DNA of 64,000 bases from Candidatus Omnitrophota bacterium. Lineage in GTDB: Bacteria; Omnitrophota; Gorgyraeia; Tantalellales; Tantalellaceae. Both the position numbers and the translations under genes were made by a program. Of this stretch, positions 39,714-49,923 are shown in pieces; position 1 is the stretch's first letter; each line of letters begins with the position of its first letter. The stretch covers positions 25,216 to 89,215 of the forward strand of contig JADGBR010000008.1 in NCBI GenBank assembly GCA_015231405.1, read 5' to 3'. Under the pieces are notes generated by a model. It had not been told where the DNA came from. It worked only from the letters and a program-made list of their open reading frames with translations, and did not search any database.

Positions 39714-41039
39714 GTGAATAAGATGGGAAATGAGAAGAATATTAGAAAATTGATCCAAGAGAATGTTAGGCAGATCGCCAATATCAGGCAAGGGATAGGG
39801 AGATTCATCCCGGGGAAAACCCATATAACCTATGCCGGGCGAGTTTATGACGAAAAAGAATTAATGTCGTTAGTGGACGCCTCTTTGGATTTCTGGCTGA
39901 CTGCCGGTAGATACGCGCACGAATTTGAAACAAAATTCTCCAAATTTTTGGGAGTGAATTATTGCGTATTAACAAATTCCGGATCTTCGGCGAACTTATT
40001 AGCCGTCTCTGCCTTAACATCTCCGTTGTTGGGGAAGAGGAGGCTCAAGGCAGGAGATGAAGTCATTACTACAGCTTGCGGATTTCCTACCACATTGAAT
40101 CCGATCATCCAGAATAAACTTAAACCGGTTTTCCTTGATATTGACCCGAATACTTATAACATTCAGGTTGAAAAGATCGAGAAGGCTCTATCCCGAAGGA
40201 CCAAGGCGATCTTTATTGCCCATACATTGGGTATTCCCGCTGATGTAGAAGCGATCCTTAAGATAGTGAGAAAGCATAACCTGTGGTTCATCGAAGATAA
40301 TTGTGACGCTTTAGGTTCGAAATACGGAGAGCGCTTTACAGGGACTTTTGGGCATATCGCGACCCATAGTTTTTATCCAGCGCATCATATTACTATGGGG
40401 GAAGGTGGGGCTTTGCTTACCAACGATTCTTTGCTGAAGAGGATAATTGTCTCTTTCCGCGATTGGGGTCGTGATTGCTGGTGCGAATTGGGGCATGATA
40501 ATGCCTGCGGAAAAAGATTTTCCAGAAAATCGGGTCAATTGCCTTTTGGGTATGACCATAAATATGTGTATTCTCACATAGGCTACCATTTGAGCGTTAC
40601 TGATATGCAGGCGGCTATAGGCTGCGCGCAGCTGAAAAAGTTGCCTAAATTCATCGCCGCGAGAAAAGGAAACTTTATGTATTTATACGACCGCTTGACT
40701 AAATATAAAGATTATTTTGTTCTGCCGCGATTGTCGAAAAAAACTGATCCAAGTTGGTTTGGTTTTCCTGTTTTGGTAAGATCGGACGCGCCATTTACAC
40801 GTAATGAAGCAGTATGTTATTTGGAAAGTAAAAAGATAGCGACAAGGATGTTGTTTGGGGGGGATTTAACGAAACAGCCTGCTTACCGGGGAATTAAATA
40901 CAGGGTTGCCGCCAAATTGACTAATACGGATTTAGTGATGAAGAATTTATTTTGGATTGGTGTATACCCAGGCCTATCTAGGGAGATGTTGGATTATGTC
41001 TTGGAATGTTTTGATGGGATGTCGAAAGAATTAAAATGA
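39714..41039 (+). CDS. rfbH: CDP-6-deoxy-D-xylo-4-hexulose-3-dehydrase (E1; DdhC/RfbH/AscC-like, PMP- and 2Fe-2S-dependent)
   Basis: DegT-family fold with SFYPAHHITMGEGG (His in place of the PLP-lysine) and a CWCELGHDNAC C-x-C-x7-C iron-sulfur motif. Length 441 aa. GGAGG ribosome-binding site before the GTG start. Confidence 0.8.
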   Translation: MNKMGNEKNIRKLIQENVRQIANIRQGIGRFIPGKTHITYAGRVYDEKELMSLVDASLDFWLTAGRYAHEFETKFSKFLGVNYCVLTNSGSSANLLAVSALTSPLLGKRRLKAGDEVITTACGFPTTLNPIIQNKLKPVFLDIDPNTYNIQVEKIEKALSRRTKAIFIAHTLGIPADVEAILKIVRKHNLWFIEDNCDALGSKYGERFTGTFGHIATHSFYPAHHITMGEGGALLTNDSLLKRIIVSFRDWGRDCWCELGHDNACGKRFSRKSGQLPFGYDHKYVYSHIGYHLSVTDMQAAIGCAQLKKLPKFIAARKGNFMYLYDRLTKYKDYFVLPRLSKKTDPSWFGFPVLVRSDAPFTRNEAVCYLESKKIATRMLFGGDLTKQPAYRGIKYRVAAKLTNTDLVMKNLFWIGVYPGLSREMLDYVLECFDGMSKELK

Positions 41040-41097
41040 CATATCTCATCGCTCGGTTCGGTTGGACCCCGGGTCAAACGGCTTACAGGAGAGTAAA

Positions 41098-41868
41098 ATG
41101 AAGGTTGTGATCTTAGCGGGGGGGCAGGGTACAAGGCTTCAGGAAGAAACCGTGGTTAAACCCAAACCAATGGTGGAGGTGGGCGAAAAACCTATTCTGT
41201 GGCATATAATGAAGATTTACGCTGCGTCTGGATTTAACGAATTTGTGGTTGCGCTCGGATATAAGGGGGAATGGATAAAAAAATACTTCCTTAATTACCA
41301 TCAGCTCGATCACGATTTCAGCATTCACACAAAGAACGGGCATATTGATATGCATGACGGTGATTATGAAGACTGGATAGTTCATCTTGTCGATACCGGC
41401 TATAAAACACAGACAGGTGGTCGGCTGAAAAGACTCAAGAAAATTATCGGCGGTGAAACGTTTATGATGACATATGGCGATGGAGTTGCGGATATTGATC
41501 TGAAAGAGTTATTGTCTTTTCACCGTCATAACGGCAAACTGGCAACAGTAACGGCGGTAAGGCCCGAAGCCAGGTTCGGCGAAGTGATATTTAATGGAAA
41601 TATTGTCGAACGATTTGTCGAAAAACCGCAGCTTGGCGAAGGCTGGATAAGCGGAGGTTTTTTCGTCCTTGAGCCGCAGGTATTGGATTACATTGACGGG
41701 GATGATACAATTTTTGAAAGGAAAAGCATGGAGCGACTTGTCTCGGATGGACAGCTTGCCGCTTTTCAGCATAACAATTTCTGGCATTCAATGGATACCA
41801 TGAGGGATGCGAAATTCCTTAATGATATTTGGGCGAAAAACGAGGCTCCATGGAAGGTGTGGAAATAG
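41098..41868 (+). CDS. rfbF: Glucose-1-phosphate cytidylyltransferase
   Basis: MKVVILAGGQGTRLQEET...PKPMVEVGEKPILWHIMK matches the RfbF/DdhA N-terminus. Confidence 0.85.
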   Translation: MKVVILAGGQGTRLQEETVVKPKPMVEVGEKPILWHIMKIYAASGFNEFVVALGYKGEWIKKYFLNYHQLDHDFSIHTKNGHIDMHDGDYEDWIVHLVDTGYKTQTGGRLKRLKKIIGGETFMMTYGDGVADIDLKELLSFHRHNGKLATVTAVRPEARFGEVIFNGNIVERFVEKPQLGEGWISGGFFVLEPQVLDYIDGDDTIFERKSMERLVSDGQLAAFQHNNFWHSMDTMRDAKFLNDIWAKNEAPWKVWK

Positions 41869-41870
41869 AC

Positions 41871-42938
41871 ATGCGGCAACTGAACATATATAAAGGAAAA
41901 AAAGTTCTGGTAACGGGACACACCGGGTTTAAAGGGTCGTGGTTAAGTATCTGGCTTACCGGGCTGGGAGCTAATGTCACGGGATTTTCGCTCCAGGACT
42001 GGGAGAATGACTATCTTTTTAAAAAGGCGAGGCTTTCCGGACGCCTTAGCGATGAAAGGGGTGATATCAGTGACCTTAAAAGGCTTGGGGAAGTATTTGC
42101 ACTCCATAAGCCCGATATCGTGTTTCATCTCGCCGCGCAGCCGCTCGTCAGAGATTCTTACCGTGACCCAGTTAAAACATTTCTGACTAATACGATGGGT
42201 ACGGTTAATATCCTTGAATGTATTAGAAGCTCGGCCCATGCGGTTTCTGGGGTCATTATCACTACTGATAAATGTTACAAGAACAGGGAACAGAGCATTG
42301 GCTATAAAGAGACGGATGTGCTTGGGGGGCACGACCCTTACAGTGCCAGCAAAGCGGCCGCTGAACTTGTGATCGACTCATACAGAAATTCGTTTTTCGC
42401 TGATTCCGGAAAACTTGTGGCTTCTGCGCGTGCTGGCAATAATCTGGGTGGAGGCGATAATTCGAAGGACAGGATAATGCCGGATTGTATATATGCGTTG
42501 AAGGAAGGTCGGGCCATAGCGGTTAGGAATCCTGATTCGACGAGGCCATGGCAGCATGTTCTAGAACCTCTTTATGGATATATGTTGTTGGGATACGGTC
42601 TCTTATGCGGAAAAGCAATATTCGCTGATTCATGGAACTTTGGTCCGGAGAAAGGTTCTATTGTGCCCGTTTCGAACATTACAGATCTGGTGGTCAAATA
42701 CTGGGGAAGCGGACGGTGGATAGATTCGCATGACCCGGATAGTCCCCACGAGGCGAAGCTTCTCAGCCTCGATATTTCTAAAGCGGAAACGATATTGGGA
42801 TGGAAGCCGAAATGGAATATAGAAAAGACCGTAAAAATGACGGTAGATTGGTACAGGAACGTCGATAAGTGTGATGCATACCGGTTGTGTATGGACCAGA
42901 TCGAGGAATATGTTGATGCGGGAAAAGAAAACGATTAG
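41871..42938 (+). CDS. rfbG: CDP-glucose 4,6-dehydratase
   Basis: KKVLVTGHTGFKGSWLSIWL Rossmann motif, YSASK catalytic motif, and a length typical of RfbG. Start chosen at the ATG just after the rfbF stop. Confidence 0.8.
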   Translation: MRQLNIYKGKKVLVTGHTGFKGSWLSIWLTGLGANVTGFSLQDWENDYLFKKARLSGRLSDERGDISDLKRLGEVFALHKPDIVFHLAAQPLVRDSYRDPVKTFLTNTMGTVNILECIRSSAHAVSGVIITTDKCYKNREQSIGYKETDVLGGHDPYSASKAAAELVIDSYRNSFFADSGKLVASARAGNNLGGGDNSKDRIMPDCIYALKEGRAIAVRNPDSTRPWQHVLEPLYGYMLLGYGLLCGKAIFADSWNFGPEKGSIVPVSNITDLVVKYWGSGRWIDSHDPDSPHEAKLLSLDISKAETILGWKPKWNIEKTVKMTVDWYRNVDKCDAYRLCMDQIEEYVDAGKEND

Positions 42939-43821
42939 GTCCCGGATCGGGAGGGTGTTGATAATCGGGGCTGCCGGCCTTATTGGAAGTGCCTTGCACA
43001 AGGTGTTTCTAAAAGAGGGTTATAATGTTTTAGGCGTTGACCGCGATCCGTTAATTGAAAATATTGCACTCGTTGACATTAACGATATTCGTTCTCTTGC
43101 ATTTCCTATTTCGCAATTTCAGCCGAATACAGTTATTTTAACAGCGGCCTTGACTTCGGCTGATTATTGCGAAATACATCCTGATGAATCTGAGAAAGTT
43201 AATATCGGCGGTTTAATGAACGTGATCGACAGTTTGCGCGGTTTTTCTGTAAAATTTGTATTTATCTCAAGCGACTATGTTTTTAATGGCATCTCTGGAC
43301 CGTATTCGGAGGATGATCCCACGGATCCATTGTCAGTTTACGGAAAGCATAAACTGGCAGGGGAACGTATCGTTAAGTCAGAGATGCGGGATCATTTGAT
43401 AGTGCGCACTACCTGGGTATATGGCACCGAGATAAAAGGGAAAAACTTCGTCTGTAATTTGATTCGCAGGGTCGGACAAGGCGAATTTGTAAAAGTTCCG
43501 ACCGACCAGGTCAGCACTCCGACTTACGCGTATAATCTGGCTCAGGCAATTGAAGAATTAGTTCATACGAATAAGGCCGGAACATATAACATCGTCGGTG
43601 ACGAACGTATGGGCAGATTCGATTTTGCGAATTCCGTATGCGAAGAGTTTGGGCTTAATAGGAATGCTATTCTTCCTGTCTTGACCGAGGAATTTAATTC
43701 AGCGGCTCCACGTCCGTTGTTGGCCGGCCTTATAATCGATAAACTCAAAAATAATTGTTCTGTCAAAATGTTGGGAGTAAAGGAAGGGTTAGCGGAGTTC
43801 AATCTGGAAAGATCATTATAA
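42910..43821 (+). CDS. RmlD-like NAD(P)H-dependent sugar-nucleotide 4-reductase (AscF/paratose-synthase-like)
   Basis: VLIIGAAGLIGSAL Rossmann motif, YGKHK (YxxxK) catalytic motif and TTWVYG motif, an RmlD substrate-binding-domain-like family. The start is ambiguous (ATG at 42910 or 42916, or GTG at 42955). Confidence 0.6.
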   Translation: MLMREKKTIRSRIGRVLIIGAAGLIGSALHKVFLKEGYNVLGVDRDPLIENIALVDINDIRSLAFPISQFQPNTVILTAALTSADYCEIHPDESEKVNIGGLMNVIDSLRGFSVKFVFISSDYVFNGISGPYSEDDPTDPLSVYGKHKLAGERIVKSEMRDHLIVRTTWVYGTEIKGKNFVCNLIRRVGQGEFVKVPTDQVSTPTYAYNLAQAIEELVHTNKAGTYNIVGDERMGRFDFANSVCEEFGLNRNAILPVLTEEFNSAAPRPLLAGLIIDKLKNNCSVKMLGVKEGLAEFNLERSL

Positions 43822-43836
43822 AATCGTTGGCCGGGT

Positions 43837-44454
43837 TTATTTAGTATCTTTGAATGCTACAAGCTGAATTCCTAGGCTGGGAATAAGCCTTGGGATAGAA
43901 CCAAGAAGAGATCGGCCTGGTAATCGGTCCAGGACACGTGCAATAATACTACTAGGGTTTCCGAGATCTACTCCAATTAGCTTATACCCTCTTTGTTTGA
44001 AAAAGCGTCTTGAGATATAACTGCGATGAGCTTCGTATTGGTTAAATCCGGATGGTGTGGTAAGCCCTTCTCGGGAAAAAGGGTAGTTAGGAGTAGAAAA
44101 TATAATTCGTTCCTTTGCACGACTCTCAAGTAAATCAACAACCTCATTCACGTTTTTTTGTTCCAAATGTTCCAGGAATTCGATGGCTAAAACAGTATCC
44201 CAGGAGCCATTAAGATCCGAGGGTAGTATTTGTTGCCACGTTCTTCTGTACCAACCTGATCTGGCGCAAATCTCGACATTAGGCGTAAATGCGTCCAAAC
44301 CATCGACAGACGGCGATTTTGTCAAACCAGCTTCCCAGGAATTTGTACTGATAAGATGGCCCCAAAGGCCATATCCACAAGCCACATCAAGAACACTTTC
44401 ACCTTTAATAAGTTTTATCACTACTGGCGGGAGTGAACAGGGACATGAACCCAT
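43837..44454 (-). CDS. Class I SAM-dependent methyltransferase
   Basis: VLDVACGYGLWG motif I. The only minus-strand gene in this segment. Confidence 0.6.
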   Translation of the reverse strand: MGSCPCSLPPVVIKLIKGESVLDVACGYGLWGHLISTNSWEAGLTKSPSVDGLDAFTPNVEICARSGWYRRTWQQILPSDLNGSWDTVLAIEFLEHLEQKNVNEVVDLLESRAKERIIFSTPNYPFSREGLTTPSGFNQYEAHRSYISRRFFKQRGYKLIGVDLGNPSSIIARVLDRLPGRSLLGSIPRLIPSLGIQLVAFKDTK

Positions 44455-44712
44455 ACCAATGCTCCTTTGTTATATTGTGGTTTTAGAATATTCATACAAT
44501 CAACTATAATGAAAAGCGGATCAAAATCAAGAAAATGAAATTTGATAGATCGCAGCGAGGGTTTAAGATTTTACACTGGAAATATTTTACTTTCCAACTT
44601 TATAATGTAAACTTTTGTGGGGACCTAATTAGTGAGTGCGTGCCTATGTGGTTAATGCCCGGGTAATAATGGCGGAAGCAGACTGAGTAAGAACGTCCTA
44701 TAGGATAAAATT

Positions 44713-45819
44713 ATGAAGTATGATTATTTGGTCGTTGGCGCGGGTTTGTTTGGATCAGTTTTTGCTCATGAGGCAAAAAGTAAAGGTAAGAAAGTAATTG
44801 TTTTGGAGCGACGGGGCCATATCGGAGGGAATTGTTACTCATATGATTTTGAGAACACCGGAATAAATATTCCAAAATATGGGGCGCATATATTTCATAC
44901 TACAAGCAAAGAAATATGGGACTATTTCGGTAAATATGCGCAATTCAATCGGTATCAACATCGTGTGCTCACAACTTACAAAGACAAGGTGTATTCAATG
45001 CCCATTAATCTTTCAACGATCAATAACTTTTACGGTGTAAATCTGAGGCCATTTGAAGTCGATGAATTTATGAGATCGACGAGATATATCGATCGTGAAC
45101 CGGATAATTTTGAGGATAAGGCGGTAAGTTTGATAGGGAAAGAACTTTACGAAGCTTTTATTAAAGGGTATACAGTAAAACAATGGGACTGTATGCCGAA
45201 GGACCTCCCTAAGGATATTATGGGCAGATTGCCCGTGCGTAATTCTTTTTTTGATTCATATTACAACGATAACTATCAAGGGATGCCGATAGGTGGTTAT
45301 ACCCCAATATTCTCACAACTATTGGAGGGTGTGGAAGTTATATTAAATACAGATTTCTTCGCTAAGAGAGCGTATTGGGAGTCAATAAGTGACAATATTG
45401 TTTTCACTGGTCCAGTTGATAGATTTTATGATTACAAATGTGGGAAATTGCGATGGAGATCGCTGAAGTTCGAGATCGAAAGATTAAATCTCGCAGATTA
45501 TCAGGGGACAAGTGTTATGAATTACCCGGAAATAGAGATACCTTACACGAGGATAATTGAGCCCAAACACTTCTATCGAGAGAGACAAATTGTAGACGAT
45601 TGTACGGTTATCATTCGTGAACTTCCGATCTCAAATGACGATGAGCCATACTATCCAGTAAATTTAGACGATGATCGCTGTAAGTACAGTGAATATGCAA
45701 AAATGCAAAAAAAAGAAACAAATGTTATTTTTGGCGGCAGATTGGCGGAATACAAATATTATGACATGGATCAGGTAGTTAGCGCAGCTTTGAACCGATC
45801 CAGGGAATCCTTGCGTTAG
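44713..45819 (+). CDS. glf: UDP-galactopyranose mutase
   Basis: YDYLVVGAGLFGSVFA FAD-binding motif, GGNCYSY and GAHIFHT; Glf signature and a length of 368 aa. Confidence 0.9.
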   Translation: MKYDYLVVGAGLFGSVFAHEAKSKGKKVIVLERRGHIGGNCYSYDFENTGINIPKYGAHIFHTTSKEIWDYFGKYAQFNRYQHRVLTTYKDKVYSMPINLSTINNFYGVNLRPFEVDEFMRSTRYIDREPDNFEDKAVSLIGKELYEAFIKGYTVKQWDCMPKDLPKDIMGRLPVRNSFFDSYYNDNYQGMPIGGYTPIFSQLLEGVEVILNTDFFAKRAYWESISDNIVFTGPVDRFYDYKCGKLRWRSLKFEIERLNLADYQGTSVMNYPEIEIPYTRIIEPKHFYRERQIVDDCTVIIRELPISNDDEPYYPVNLDDDRCKYSEYAKMQKKETNVIFGGRLAEYKYYDMDQVVSAALNRSRESLR

Positions 45820-45841
45820 TGCGCAAGAAAGGTGCGAGCTA

Positions 45842-46741
45842 ATGAAGACCTTACTGATATACCAAATATTTCATGACGAAAAATCATTCAAGAATACAGT
45901 CCAAACGGAATACGTAAGGCCTTTATTAATTAATAGGGACATAAGGATGTCCGATCCCAGTGTCGAAGTATTAGCTGAGATTCCATATCTGACAAATCAG
46001 TTGGCTGAGGCTAGGGCCTTTTATCACGCGATAGTTAATCCAAACCCACCTGATTATATCGGATTTACCACGCATCAACACAATACAAAATTTACGTTAA
46101 AATGGTTACTGTCGGGATTTCAGTACCACCTTATGTATTTCCCGAATGATTGTATTAAAATAGACGATGTTGATCCTGCCATTGTTGAAAAGGCTTTTAT
46201 GGATCAGTCGGTAAAGGTCATTTCATTCTTCCCGGAACAAAACTATTTGAGACAGGCTGAGTACGCTCACCCCGGGATGACAAAGTTCTTGTTAGATGCG
46301 CTACAGCATCTGGGACTTTTAAATTCATTAAAATGGTGTGAAATTGATAAGATCCAATATGTTAAGTTTGTTCCTATTTGCAATAGTTTTATAATGCCCT
46401 GGAATGAATTTAAATCCTTATTCTCATTTCTTGACGCATTTATTCGATATATCAACAGTGAGTATAGTCTTGAGTATGGTAAATTACAAATAATCCCACA
46501 GACGCCTCGTCATTATGGGCGAGAATGGGGTTTGTTTGTTGAGCGACTGCTGGGGTTGTATTTTATTACCCGTTATGGGTATGATTTCAAGGTCGCTTTC
46601 CTGGATAATAATAAAATGATCCACAGGTTGGGAGGATACAGATACCCTGGGCTCTTTCGCAAGTATTTGATCGGTGTATCTTCCTGCTACCAACTTTATA
46701 AACATTTAAGAGCCTTGTTCTGTAAATACCAGTTGGATTGA
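45842..46741 (+). CDS. Hypothetical protein, DUF4422-like (putative glycosyltransferase often linked to galactofuranose loci)
   Basis: The pattern IYQIFHDEKSF...YVRPLLI ... YLTNQLAEARAFYHAIVNPNPPDYIGFTTHQH parallels the DUF4422 layout. Low-GC region. Confidence 0.35.
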   Translation: MKTLLIYQIFHDEKSFKNTVQTEYVRPLLINRDIRMSDPSVEVLAEIPYLTNQLAEARAFYHAIVNPNPPDYIGFTTHQHNTKFTLKWLLSGFQYHLMYFPNDCIKIDDVDPAIVEKAFMDQSVKVISFFPEQNYLRQAEYAHPGMTKFLLDALQHLGLLNSLKWCEIDKIQYVKFVPICNSFIMPWNEFKSLFSFLDAFIRYINSEYSLEYGKLQIIPQTPRHYGREWGLFVERLLGLYFITRYGYDFKVAFLDNNKMIHRLGGYRYPGLFRKYLIGVSSCYQLYKHLRALFCKYQLD

Positions 46742-46762
46742 ATTATATTCACTTTCCACAAA

Positions 46763-47749
46763 GTGATCAGGGGGGGTCGAATGGGTTTTTCATATTTTTA
46801 TCGTGAAAGCGGTATTTCCTCTGATATTCTTGTTGTTCAAGCTGACAACCGTGAGATAGAAATAGCTAAATTCGGAAGATCGGCGGAAATAATAATGGGT
46901 TTATACCCGAGTTTCCCAATGGATGCGTATAACGCGTCTTATTCGAATGCCTACGACTTTGTAGCTCTTACCTTTCTCGTTAATATATTAAAAACGCGTC
47001 AACTTAAATGGCAATACGAGAGAATAAAATTACTTCCGGATTATTACGCGGGTAAGCACCCTTGCTGGGGAAAAATAGTGTTGTTGGAAAAATTGTTAAA
47101 TTGTCCCGAATACAAGAAACACAAAATTGTTATCTTTGTTGATTCGGATTCATGGATCCGTGACCAAAATAAGTTAAAATCTCTTACGGATTATTTGCTA
47201 AGCAATACAGATATTAATGGAATATTCTCACGAGATACTTATGTTCCAACGAATACATATGTTAATTCAGGTGCATTTATTTTAAAAAATAACGATTATG
47301 TACGCGATTTATATTCAGAAATGGTCTCTAAGCTTGATTCATATAGTAACTGGTTTAATAAGCTTTTTTATGACCAAGTACTTGTTAGTGATACTGTTTT
47401 TAAAAATAAATCAAGATTCTTGATTTGCAAACCGAATATATTAAATAGCCCAGCGGGTGATATAATCAGGCATAATTGGTTGAAACAACATAAGTCGCTA
47501 ATGGAAAGTCTGAAAGACGAGATCATAGTATCGCAGTTTAACGAAATATTCGATAACGCTATTATTGAGGAGCTGGATATAGAAAAAATAGTTGATCGGG
47601 AGCCTCTTTATGTGGGTAACTGGAGAGAAATAGAACCTTTAACAAAAAAAATTCGGCGGGTATTCTTTACCGAAGTTCATCGAATTATCGAAAAAATCGA
47701 AAGAAATACAAGGAAATATGCAACAATGCTTGATTCCAAGCGTAAATAA
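46763..47749 (+). CDS. Hypothetical protein, possible GT-A-fold glycosyltransferase
   Basis: IVIFVDSDSW DxD-like motif. No confident family assignment. Confidence 0.3.
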   Translation: MIRGGRMGFSYFYRESGISSDILVVQADNREIEIAKFGRSAEIIMGLYPSFPMDAYNASYSNAYDFVALTFLVNILKTRQLKWQYERIKLLPDYYAGKHPCWGKIVLLEKLLNCPEYKKHKIVIFVDSDSWIRDQNKLKSLTDYLLSNTDINGIFSRDTYVPTNTYVNSGAFILKNNDYVRDLYSEMVSKLDSYSNWFNKLFYDQVLVSDTVFKNKSRFLICKPNILNSPAGDIIRHNWLKQHKSLMESLKDEIIVSQFNEIFDNAIIEELDIEKIVDREPLYVGNWREIEPLTKKIRRVFFTEVHRIIEKIERNTRKYATMLDSKRK

Positions 47750-47753
47750 GATG

Positions 47754-48788
47754 ATTGGGATGTTCCGACAGGTTATCAAGGAGATCGGTAAAAACCTTCG
47801 GATGCCATTTGACGACCCTTTGGTAAATATCTCTGATTGTGAGATCCTTGCTGGCCCAGGACTATTGGGGTTAAAAGGGGGGCTCTTTAATCCCGGCGCT
47901 GTGGTGAGCGGGGATGAGATCATCCTTATAGCGAAGGGTTTAGATATATCACCCGTGGATGCGTTTAATGATCCTGCCTGTTTTAAGGATTATATGAAGG
48001 GGCCTGTCGTTATTCTTCGGTACGATCTTGATATGGCCATCAAGAAAATAGCGATATTGTCCGCAGGAACCTATGGGGAAGACAAGATCGAGGATTTTCG
48101 TGTTTTTAATTATCGCGGCAATATATTGTCAAATCATGTTACAGCAAATCCTTCTTTAGAAGGCAAGAACCCTGTCTACGGTCGATGTCGTCAAAGTATT
48201 TCACGAGTGGACGTTAAAGAAAACAAATTCATCGGAATTGGAAACCCGAGAATTGATAGGCCTGTAAATATGATTGAAAAGAACTGGTGTTATTTTGAGC
48301 ATAATGAGGAATTATTTTTATTGTACTCATTAGATCCATATTTGCTTTTTAAACTTGCGGACTGGGAAACACTAGAATTTAAAGTTTTCGTCGACAAAGC
48401 GATAAGTATCAGAGAGAAAGTAAATAACTATCTCCAAGTTGGCAAAAAAATAATTCTTTCTTTAAGTACAAATCCTATTTCATATGATGAACACCATTAT
48501 TTAATGATGGTGCATAAGGCCTATAGGCTGTGGCCTTTTTGCCGTCTGTACGTTCAATGGGCGATGCTCATAGACAAAAAGTCGCTTTTGCCTGTCAAAG
48601 TGTCGAGAAAACCTGTTTTTACCGGTAAATACGCCCGAGGTTCTGTAAGTGGGGTTATCTACACTACCTCAGTGCTTTGTTTGAAAAATGACGTTCTAAT
48701 CTTTAATGGCGAAGGAGATTCATATCTGTCCTATGCCAGATTAAGCAGAGCGAAATTAAATAGATATTTTGTTGATATCAGTGCATAG
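47754..48788 (+). CDS. Hypothetical protein, possible beta-propeller (GH130/GH43-like) fold
   Basis: GGLFNPGAVVSGDEIILIAKG resembles the first blade of the GH130 family. Weak call. Start taken at the ATG at 47754, after the upstream stop. Confidence 0.25.
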   Translation: MGMFRQVIKEIGKNLRMPFDDPLVNISDCEILAGPGLLGLKGGLFNPGAVVSGDEIILIAKGLDISPVDAFNDPACFKDYMKGPVVILRYDLDMAIKKIAILSAGTYGEDKIEDFRVFNYRGNILSNHVTANPSLEGKNPVYGRCRQSISRVDVKENKFIGIGNPRIDRPVNMIEKNWCYFEHNEELFLLYSLDPYLLFKLADWETLEFKVFVDKAISIREKVNNYLQVGKKIILSLSTNPISYDEHHYLMMVHKAYRLWPFCRLYVQWAMLIDKKSLLPVKVSRKPVFTGKYARGSVSGVIYTTSVLCLKNDVLIFNGEGDSYLSYARLSRAKLNRYFVDISA

Positions 48789-48811
48789 AATAGTAATAGG
48801 TAGAGCTCTTT

Positions 48812-49909
48812 ATGAAAAGAAATATACTGATCACGACTCCTTCTCTCGAATATACGGGCGGTGTTGCGAATTATTTTAAGGCTCTACTGCCGGTTCTTGA
48901 AAACAATGAGCACTTTGAGTTCTCTTTTTTGTTCGTTGGGACAGGCCAAGGAGGCGATCATAAATTCCATTGGATAAGGGATCAGATCCGGTTTTATAAA
49001 ACATTGAAAAATAATAGGTTTGATTTGATACATATAAACCCTTCTTTGGATCTAAAGAGTTTTATTAGGGACGGACTTTTTATTCTATGGAGCAGGAAGT
49101 TTAGAAGACCAGTACTGGTCTTCTTTCATGGTTGGGACATGCGATTTGAACAAGTTATAAGAAAAGTGTTCTGGTATTTTATGAGGAGGACTTATTTGAG
49201 GGCTGATGCGTTTGTAGTCCTTGGGAGTGTATTTCAGAAAAAAATACTGCAATGGGGTGTTAAAAAGAAGATATATTCGGAAACAATGGTTGTTGATGAC
49301 AGCCTTATCGAAGGATTCTCATTGAAAGAAAAATATGAAAGGATATCAAATAATAAATTTCTACGTATATTATTTTTAGCAAGGCTTGAACTGAACAAGG
49401 GGGTTATTGAGTCAATAGATGCTTTTTCCGAATTGATCAATTCGGGTTATAAAGCCTCTTTGACCATTTGCGGTGACGGGGTAGCTATGAAAGCCGCGAA
49501 GTCTAGGGCGGGAGAATTGGGTCTGTCTGACAAAATAGTTTTCACAGGGTATGTTAAAGGTGAGCTTAAAAAAAAATATTTCGCAGAGAATGATGTATTC
49601 TGTTTTCCTACTTACTATGAGGGGATGCCGAATTGTGTTTTAGAAGCGATGGCTTTTGGCATGCCTGTGATTACATGTTCAGTAGGCGGGATTAAGGACT
49701 TCTTTAAGGATGGTGAGATGGGCTATTTCGTTAAAGTAAGGGATTCCAGAAGTGTCGCTCTAGCGCTTCAAAAGTTAATCGAAGATAAGAATAAGATATT
49801 TTCGATGGGTAAATATAACCATTCGTATGCACTTGAGTATTTCTTATCATCAAATGTTGCAAAAAGATTGTTAGCTATCTACACACAAACGATTGACCGA
49901 AAATCATAA
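48812..49909 (+). CDS. Glycosyltransferase family 4
   Basis: EGMPNCVLEAMAFGMPVITCSVGG, the canonical GT4 E-x7-E region. Confidence 0.8.
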   Translation: MKRNILITTPSLEYTGGVANYFKALLPVLENNEHFEFSFLFVGTGQGGDHKFHWIRDQIRFYKTLKNNRFDLIHINPSLDLKSFIRDGLFILWSRKFRRPVLVFFHGWDMRFEQVIRKVFWYFMRRTYLRADAFVVLGSVFQKKILQWGVKKKIYSETMVVDDSLIEGFSLKEKYERISNNKFLRILFLARLELNKGVIESIDAFSELINSGYKASLTICGDGVAMKAAKSRAGELGLSDKIVFTGYVKGELKKKYFAENDVFCFPTYYEGMPNCVLEAMAFGMPVITCSVGGIKDFFKDGEMGYFVKVRDSRSVALALQKLIEDKNKIFSMGKYNHSYALEYFLSSNVAKRLLAIYTQTIDRKS

Positions 49910-49923
49910 TTGGGAATGTTTCT

